Part shown: one piece after another, positions 46,158 to 52,344 of the stretch | Numbering within the stretch: the first letter of the stretch is position 1 | Layout of the letters: the number at the start of each line of letters is the position of its first letter | IMG/VR virus record: IMGVR_UViG_3300030106_002100 | Location: 1-52,344 of that record | From: a virus | Taxonomy: Duplodnaviria > Caudoviricetes | Reading direction: 5' to 3' (one strand) | Length of the DNA: 52,344 nt | Made by a program: the position numbers and the translations under genes | The notes under the pieces: generated by a model | Told to the model about the DNA's origin: nothing | The model's input: the letters and a program-made list of their open reading frames with translations, nothing else | The model's database searches: none

Positions 46158-48085
46158 ATCTCACAACCTCCTGCAGCACATGCTAACTCCTGCACGCCCT
46201 TAACATTGTCATCATCTTCTATTAATTCAGCCCAGTTTATTTTTGTAGGCATTTTGGCTAACATTTCATTATACTCTTGCTCGGTACATTCTTCATAGGG
46301 AGCTTGTTTGTAAGTACCGCCATCCCAAGGTAAGAAAGATATACCTGATATGTCGTTGAAGTTATTCCATACCCAAGCACCCACATCTAACCACTCATGC
46401 TCTTTTACAGAAATAGTTACCGATGGCTTATGTTCACACCAATGCTTCTGGTACATCATCCACAACTCCAAGTGGTCAACCGCTGTTAAGTCTTCTCTAA
46501 CTTTACAACCGTCTGGAGATTTTATCGGAAAGGAAAACACAGCGGTCGAGTCTGGTTTCATTACACAATCTTCCGTTGGTATACCCGCTTCCTTTAAGAA
46601 GTGTGTGAGGGGGTCTTTTTTATCTCCACGAACCCTGCGAATATAATGAGGGCTATGTCTAGTATGAATACCACTGGCAGAATTAACAAGCTGACTAACA
46701 GTGCCAGAAGGTTTGACACAAGTAATCGCAGTCGATTGAGGGATTCCCAAAAGAACAGATAAGTCAGCGTTTGTTTTAACAGCCGCCTGTTTAAGTTGCT
46801 CAAGTTTTTCTTTAGTATCATCGTTAACTTCTGACATCCATTTATTATCTAGTATACCAGTCAACGACACCCCAAGCAGTCTTTCTTCCTCCGTGTTCTT
46901 TTTCCACACTTTTCGTAAATAGGGAAAGTTTGTAAGTGTGGCTTGCCATGTGCCTAATATAGTAGCCACTTCAACTTTTTCTTTTATAGATTCAAACGTG
47001 TCGTCCTCACGCACCACAACCTCTGACAAATTACAAAACTGACCGCCTGTTCCTGTAATTGGTTGTCCATTCTTGTCTAACTTACAACCACGCAAAATAA
47101 TCTCACTGCATGGATTTGTGCCAAAGTCATAATTGATATCTCTTCTACCATTATTAGCAGCTTGTCTCTTAGATGCGTCTCTAGAAAATATACCTCGTTC
47201 TCCAGAATGACTGTTATATAAACTTGTCCACTCATGTAAGAACAAACTTACATCAGGTTTCTCTTCATAGATAGCTGAATTATTAGCCAACGCTCTTTGA
47301 CCGTTTTGTTCCCACCATGCGCCTGATTTACACTCCCTCATTCTTGAGTCTTCTAAATCAGATAGAGAAATCATAGCTGATCTACGCACACCACCGACCA
47401 CAACAATTTGACCTACCATACACATTATGTCGTGACATTCTATGGAAGAAAGTTTTCTCCCGCTGGCTTGTTTGAACTTGTTGATGGTAAATTTAAATAG
47501 TTCTTCTAGTGGGGCAGGACCACTTGCCCTACCTCCAAAGGTTTTTAGTTTTGCCCCTGCTGGTCGCACTTTAGATAAATTCCATTTAGGTATTTCACCA
47601 GAATATAATAAAGCAATAAGTTGCCTCAAACTCTTAGCCCAACCTTCTTTACTGTCAGACACAGATATAGTGGTGTCTGACTCAAACATTTTCTCAGGTA
47701 TCTCAGGAAGTTTTTGTATGTATTTTTGTTCCACAGAAAAGCCGACTCCTGTACCGCACAATAGGATATACATAGCTTCGTCAAAAGCTTTGGGGTCGTC
47801 AATCGGTAAATAAGAACAGTTATATCCTGCTGTGTTATCACGTGCCAACGCTTTACCTGCTGTCATTATGGCTCGCATACTTGGCATAACTTCTAGGTTA
47901 CATATTGCTTCGTGCACCCTAAACTTAGTAGGGGTATCTACCACGTGTCCGCACTCGGCTTCTAGATGACTCACCATAAAATCCATATAACGACTCACAG
48001 ACTCATGCCAATCTTCTCTGCGGTTTTCTTCAGGTAAATATCTTGCGTAACGGCTTTTGGCGATGAATTGACTATAACTATCCAT
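46154..48085 (-). CDS. nrdJ: class II (adenosylcobalamin) ribonucleoside-triphosphate reductase
   Basis: PSMR, YNCS, GTGVGFS, GGVRRSA, NPCSEI, FCNL, TCVKPSGTVS, C-terminal CAAGGCEI; no small subunit gene seen. Confidence 0.92.
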   Translation of the reverse strand: MDSYSQFIAKSRYARYLPEENRREDWHESVSRYMDFMVSHLEAECGHVVDTPTKFRVHEAICNLEVMPSMRAIMTAGKALARDNTAGYNCSYLPIDDPKAFDEAMYILLCGTGVGFSVEQKYIQKLPEIPEKMFESDTTISVSDSKEGWAKSLRQLIALLYSGEIPKWNLSKVRPAGAKLKTFGGRASGPAPLEELFKFTINKFKQASGRKLSSIECHDIMCMVGQIVVVGGVRRSAMISLSDLEDSRMRECKSGAWWEQNGQRALANNSAIYEEKPDVSLFLHEWTSLYNSHSGERGIFSRDASKRQAANNGRRDINYDFGTNPCSEIILRGCKLDKNGQPITGTGGQFCNLSEVVVREDDTFESIKEKVEVATILGTWQATLTNFPYLRKVWKKNTEEERLLGVSLTGILDNKWMSEVNDDTKEKLEQLKQAAVKTNADLSVLLGIPQSTAITCVKPSGTVSQLVNSASGIHTRHSPHYIRRVRGDKKDPLTHFLKEAGIPTEDCVMKPDSTAVFSFPIKSPDGCKVREDLTAVDHLELWMMYQKHWCEHKPSVTISVKEHEWLDVGAWVWNNFNDISGISFLPWDGGTYKQAPYEECTEQEYNEMLAKMPTKINWAELIEDDDNVKGVQELACAAGGCEI

Positions 48086-48480
48086 TAGTTCCCTTTCATT
48101 TCTTTTATCAATCGGTTTAAATACCACAATGCTTTTTCTAAATCTTGCAACGTGTTCTCTTTCTCTTCTGCTCTACTTAAATATTTCATTGCATTTAATC
48201 GTAAATAAGTCTGAAACCCATGAGGTGTAGACTTTGCTTTTAAATACTCTATGGTCTCCATGCCACCTTTCATATAATGCTCTGGATGATTAACCATATC
48301 TTTATTAGCTGAGTCTTCAAAAGTTTTTAACCCCGTATATGCGCCCTCAAAAGGGTACGCATCTTTAAAAGAAGGAGCCTCTTCACTGTGTACTTCCCCA
48401 CACTCTTGACAAATTTTTTCTACTAAGTTTTCACGAAACAACTTTTTTTCGTCTTCATAATGTTTTTCTGAGTTTTTCAC
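48085..48480 (-). CDS. DUF3310 / T7 gp1.7-like protein
   Basis: DMVNHPEHY..GG.ETI...NAMKY..RA..K...DL.KA.WYL. Confidence 0.85.
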   Translation of the reverse strand: MKNSEKHYEDEKKLFRENLVEKICQECGEVHSEEAPSFKDAYPFEGAYTGLKTFEDSANKDMVNHPEHYMKGGMETIEYLKAKSTPHGFQTYLRLNAMKYLSRAEEKENTLQDLEKALWYLNRLIKEMKGN

Positions 48481-49139
48481 GCATATCCTCCATTATGTTC
48501 ACAATCTGTTACAGGACAATACTTCCTACAAGTAAAATTAGGCACCGGATTCCACACATCTGTTTCATATGCCTTGTCTAGTCTCGCTACGTCAGACTTA
48601 AAACTGTCTGCTAAACCATCTATCTGGTTTCTCACATAATTAGTTTTTATTAAATCTTTGGATACAACAAACAGTAGTCCTGCTTTTATATAGTTGACTT
48701 TTGGGAAGTGTTTGAATGTAGCTATTGATAGTATCTGTAGCTGTTTAACGTCGGCGTAGCGAGAACTTTTACCAGTCTTGTAATCTACTACGTATGCTAT
48801 GTCGTTATTGTGCACCACCAAATCGGCTATACCCCTCCACCAATACTTTGTATCATTAAAACCACAAGGTTCTAAGTCTTTGGTTAAACCCATCTCGTAT
48901 TCACAAAGTTTGTTGCCTTTTAACTTCTTTAAAATATTTAAATAAGGCTCAATGTACTTAAACTTTTCTGGTATTACCGTATCTTGGCGCACATAGTCTT
49001 CTGCCGCCTTGTGCGCTTCTTTACCATATATCAAAGCGGTATTGTCTTTTTGTTTTATATCTTTGACAACTCGTAGCCTATGATATTTTCTAGGGCATTG
49101 TTTGAACAAAGACAACGACGAATAAGACCATTTAGCCAT
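48477..49139 (-). CDS. PD-(D/E)XK exonuclease, Cas4/AddB-like with Fe-S cysteines
   Basis: WSYS.L..F..CP, RG.AD, VDYKTGK, C-terminal C..C...C. Confidence 0.85.
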   Translation of the reverse strand: MAKWSYSSLSLFKQCPRKYHRLRVVKDIKQKDNTALIYGKEAHKAAEDYVRQDTVIPEKFKYIEPYLNILKKLKGNKLCEYEMGLTKDLEPCGFNDTKYWWRGIADLVVHNNDIAYVVDYKTGKSSRYADVKQLQILSIATFKHFPKVNYIKAGLLFVVSKDLIKTNYVRNQIDGLADSFKSDVARLDKAYETDVWNPVPNFTCRKYCPVTDCEHNGGYA

Positions 49140-50904
49140 AAGACTCTCCACATTCTGTTTCACAATCCAACGGCAAGTCTTGACACCAATCTGGTTTCCA
49201 CTTCATACATTTTGTTACGTATGCCGCCGCTTCTTCCGCTTCCTGTTCTGGTGCAATACACGTTACAGCGTCATGTACTGTCATTACCACTTTATATTTC
49301 TTAGCCACCCTCAACATCTGCTCGCCTATTACACATCTAGCCACGGCTTGACATATATTCTCTACTACTTTTCCACCGTAAATATTAATTCTGTCTTTTT
49401 TACTTTTATAAGAAAAGTAGTATTCTCCACTAGAATCTTGTTCTTTTTTGAGGTCTGGATACTTTAGTTGTAGTCCGTTAGGCAGATCAAATCCTATGTT
49501 GGGAATAACCCCTAAAGCTTGCTTCTGTTTCGTTACCTCTATATATCTACCTTTTATTATAGCTTCTAAACCTGCTTGAGCTTTCCTCCAAAAATTAGGT
49601 ATAAAAGGATATACTTTTCTGTAAGTTTGAATTATCTTTTTACATTCTTCAACGTCTAAATCTTTCCCGAAAGCTTTTAATTGTACACTAAATTTCTTAG
49701 CACCCATACCGTAGCCGCAACCCAATATTGTCGTTTTGCCTACGAATCTTTGCTCACTATCTATATCCTCCACTGGCCTACCATATATCGCAGAAGCCAT
49801 TATCTTATATACATCATCCCCATTTGCAAAGGCTTGTACCAAGTCTTCCTGACCAGACAACCAAGCCAATACCCTAGCTTCTATCTGTGAAGAGTCGGAG
49901 TTGATAACAACAAAACCTCCTGGGGCCTGGATAGCTTCTTTAAGCACAGATTTCCTTGGAATATTTTGTAGGTTTACATTATCTGAACCGCCCCACCTTC
50001 CTGTGTGAGCGGCATAGTATTTCAAAGGGACTGGAAGGCTACCACGATTACCTATATCCAAAAATCTCTGAGTCCTTGTTTCTTCCAAAGTTGACTTAGT
50101 GCCTAACCTAGCCGCAACTAGCGTTTGCACCTTTTCGTTAGAATGCTCTTGTAGCTTCTTGAATCCTTCGTCGGTCTTAGAAAAAGCAAAAGTCTCTTTG
50201 CCTGTGCGTGGGCTAATTTTCATCGGCGGTTCAACACCTAATGATTTTAGTTTCTCGGCAAACTTAGGGTTAGACATCAAGGTTTCTTTGTCTGCTATAC
50301 AAGCCTCAAGAAGTTTTTCTTTCTGCAGCACGACATTTTCTAAATGATTCTCAAGAATAGCTAAGTCTAACTCAAGAACTGGTTGGGCAAACATATTGAT
50401 GGTCAAATCAATTAACCTAAACTCAATCGCAGGAAACCCTTCGCTAAGAACCTCAAAAAGTTTTTTAGTTAGCCGCACATCTTGTTTACAGTATTCAGCG
50501 TATCTAGCTAACTCGTTTTCGACTTCGGTTCCTTTTTGCCCGATGTTATAGTAGTCGGATAACTTTTTGAGACTTCCTCCAACTTCCGCACCATGCAAAG
50601 CCCTTGCCATGCTAAGAGTGTCAAGCCACCCCCTAGGACGAACACCAAATTTCCAAGAAAGGATAGCGGCATCAAACATAGTGTTGTGAGCGAGACAAAA
50701 ACTCTCCTTCCAGTTATATGACAAGAGTATTCTTTTAAGATCTTCAAATCCTCCTGTGTGCCATTCCTCTTCTCCGTCTCCTTGCTTGATACAAAACCCA
50801 ATGACTTCAAATCTTTCATCTCGCACGTACTCCTCTGTAGTTAATTTAGAAAGTGAATATTTTTTATCGTAGTAAGTCTCAAAATCAATCGTAATTATTT
50901 GCAT
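49132..50904 (-). CDS. polA: family A DNA polymerase with 3'-5' exonuclease
   Basis: DFET, HN..FD, YC..D; TGRW, NLQN, DSSQIEAR, K....LG.GYG, VHDA. Confidence 0.93.
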   Translation of the reverse strand: MQIITIDFETYYDKKYSLSKLTTEEYVRDERFEVIGFCIKQGDGEEEWHTGGFEDLKRILLSYNWKESFCLAHNTMFDAAILSWKFGVRPRGWLDTLSMARALHGAEVGGSLKKLSDYYNIGQKGTEVENELARYAEYCKQDVRLTKKLFEVLSEGFPAIEFRLIDLTINMFAQPVLELDLAILENHLENVVLQKEKLLEACIADKETLMSNPKFAEKLKSLGVEPPMKISPRTGKETFAFSKTDEGFKKLQEHSNEKVQTLVAARLGTKSTLEETRTQRFLDIGNRGSLPVPLKYYAAHTGRWGGSDNVNLQNIPRKSVLKEAIQAPGGFVVINSDSSQIEARVLAWLSGQEDLVQAFANGDDVYKIMASAIYGRPVEDIDSEQRFVGKTTILGCGYGMGAKKFSVQLKAFGKDLDVEECKKIIQTYRKVYPFIPNFWRKAQAGLEAIIKGRYIEVTKQKQALGVIPNIGFDLPNGLQLKYPDLKKEQDSSGEYYFSYKSKKDRINIYGGKVVENICQAVARCVIGEQMLRVAKKYKVVMTVHDAVTCIAPEQEAEEAAAYVTKCMKWKPDWCQDLPLDCETECGESYG

Positions 50905-51122
50905 ATTTCCACTTCTGCTTCGGTTTCTACCCATACTTTAGCACCACAACTTAAAGGCTTATCTGGAGAATAAATAATTTTAGACTCTCCCAAAACTTTT
51001 ACTTCGTGGCAATAAGTATTGCTTTTGCTAGTCTTAATAGTTATTACTGGCTCTCTTTCAGAATCAGGTTTTTTGCTATTAGACCTAATCTTGTGTTGGT
51101 TTATGTGTATTCTCTTTTTCAA
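50895..51122 (-). CDS. conserved phage hypothetical protein
   Basis: IH.NQH.IR...PVITIK...PLSCGA.VW.ET. Confidence 0.75.
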   Translation of the reverse strand: MKKRIHINQHKIRSNSKKPDSEREPVITIKTSKSNTYCHEVKVLGESKIIYSPDKPLSCGAKVWVETEAEVEICK

Positions 51123-51958
51123 TTGCCCATGTTTCTTACAGTTGTCAGGTCGCCCTCGAATGCGTGGGTGCCTATGTGTTTTAAATGAATGTTGAGGTCT
51201 ACAAAAATCTTACCACCATGCTTTGCCCACAACTCGCAAAAGTGGTAGTCCTCAGATAGCAGTGCGCCTGTATTATCTATACTTGTGTCAAAGTATTGTC
51301 TTACGAGTGGTTTTATATATTTACCAGTTGGGTCTTGAAGTGTTGACGACCTATACTCTGGCACGTGTTGTTCAAGCTTTTCAAATACTTCTCGTTTAAT
51401 TAACATAAAACCTGTACCCGCATGGCGAACTTCTAACAAACCTTTGTTGTTTAATTCCGCTTTTGTTTTACCATGCGGTAGGTTCAGCACGAACTGTGAT
51501 GCGTAATAACTCAAATCTTTTCTGTTTAGTTGGACAGCCTGTCTAACTCTACCCCAATCAATTTCTTTCTTAGGGTATAAGGCACAAACAACGTCTTCAT
51601 CTGCATCAAGCAGTCTGCCTACAGCGTCAGCTTCAAAATACATATCCGCATCAATAAACATCAAGTGTGTACAATTGGTATTCTTTAGAAACATACGTAC
51701 CAACTCGTTTCTGGCTCTCGTAATTAAAGACTCGTTCATCAAGTTCGCAAGAAACGCTTCGACCTTTCGTTCACGTAAATTATTTATCGTGTTAATTGTT
51801 GCGATTGTATAATGCCCTGTGCACATACCGCCGTACATGGGCGTGGCTATAAGGATTGATTTTTCTTTTGTTTGTTCTCCTACATTTATACCTTTAACTT
51901 CAGCAACATAATCTTCAATCGTAAACTGCTTATCTTCCATACTACCTCCTTGTTCCAA
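51119..51958 (-). CDS. GT-A fold glycosyltransferase-like protein
   Basis: IATPMYGG, ESLITRARN, FIDAD (DxD), GTGFMLIKR, SEDY.FC. Confidence 0.8.
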   Translation of the reverse strand: MEQGGSMEDKQFTIEDYVAEVKGINVGEQTKEKSILIATPMYGGMCTGHYTIATINTINNLRERKVEAFLANLMNESLITRARNELVRMFLKNTNCTHLMFIDADMYFEADAVGRLLDADEDVVCALYPKKEIDWGRVRQAVQLNRKDLSYYASQFVLNLPHGKTKAELNNKGLLEVRHAGTGFMLIKREVFEKLEQHVPEYRSSTLQDPTGKYIKPLVRQYFDTSIDNTGALLSEDYHFCELWAKHGGKIFVDLNIHLKHIGTHAFEGDLTTVRNMGN

Positions 51959-52175
51959 AAACTGTGCCTTTGTCAGAATATAAAAACATACACATTGCTT
52001 CTTTCTCTACAAAGGTGAAATCATCTAAGGTTGCGTCATTCCTGCCTAGTACGTAACCATCATCTTTACCAACTGTGTAAGCTTCAGTCCACAAATCAAA
52101 CATACTGTCATCGTAGTTTTTTAACCAAACCCAAGCGAACCAAGCACCTAATATAAAAGCTATCACAATCTTCAT
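51942..52175 (-). CDS. hypothetical membrane protein
   Basis: N-terminal hydrophobic helix. Confidence 0.6.
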   Translation of the reverse strand: MKIVIAFILGAWFAWVWLKNYDDSMFDLWTEAYTVGKDDGYVLGRNDATLDDFTFVEKEAMCMFLYSDKGTVFGTRR

Positions 52176-52344
52176 ATCAAGGCTTCCTCTAAATTGTTTA
52201 GCATTTCTTTTAGAGCCTTGCTTTTTTCTCTAGCCTTTTTCCTTTCCTGTTTTTTCCTCAGTTTTTTCATGTAGTCGGGGTCGATCTGTTGCAAAAGTTC
52301 TAACTCGTAGCTTTCATCTTTGTTTTCTTCTTTCTTATGCGGGA
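52172..52344 (-). CDS. hypothetical protein, N-terminus outside window
   Basis: Open frame ...PHKKEE...EEALI, ending in an ATGA overlap. Confidence 0.55.
   Translation of the reverse strand, partial: PHKKEENKDESYELELLQQIDPDYMKKLRKKQERKKAREKSKALKEMLNNLEEALI

Noticed and set aside
48477-49139. Cas4 as part of a CRISPR-Cas system
   Set aside because: No other cas genes; this is the usual phage replication-module nuclease.
40079-50347. Plus-strand ORFs over the replication genes, and minus-strand ORFs over the structural genes elsewhere
   Set aside because: Antisense shadows of well-supported genes, with no recognisable motifs.
1-52344. tRNA genes, integrase/att, introns or inteins, alternative genetic code
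   Set aside because: No cloverleaf, recombinase or splicing motifs noticed; long genes are intact under the standard code.

Overview
AT-rich dsDNA tailed bacteriophage with a podovirus-type layout, probably most of a circularly permuted genome from an aquatic, likely proteobacterial, host. The rightward arm (about 4.5-39.8 kb) carries TerS/TerL, portal, GroES, scaffold, capsid, a dense cluster of small Lys/Arg-rich ORFs, neck and fibre genes, holin plus M15 endolysin, nozzle, and four internal/ejection proteins including a 2370-aa polyvalent protein. The leftward arm (52.3 kb down to 39.7 kb, apparently continuing at 2.6 kb down to 1) carries a glycosyltransferase, PolA (Leu762 type), Cas4-like nuclease, DUF3310, class II RNR, HNH, SNF2 helicase, SSB, primase-helicase and a HAD phosphatase. 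Between the arms (2.6-4.3 kb) lie a symmetric iteron/IHF-site array (likely origin), one isolated gene and a repeat-rich putative pac/terminus region. I saw no tRNA, CRISPR array or integrase. The top leads are: (1) a recurring [M/Y/F]-x-x-G-G motif in small basic and ejection proteins, with a Cys/His-rich orphan among those genes, suggesting a di-glycine processing or targeting system; (2) a three-helix interleaved RNA element after the capsid gene; (3) ART-like and HExxH modules in the giant ejection protein. All family assignments come from motif recognition by eye; no searches were run.
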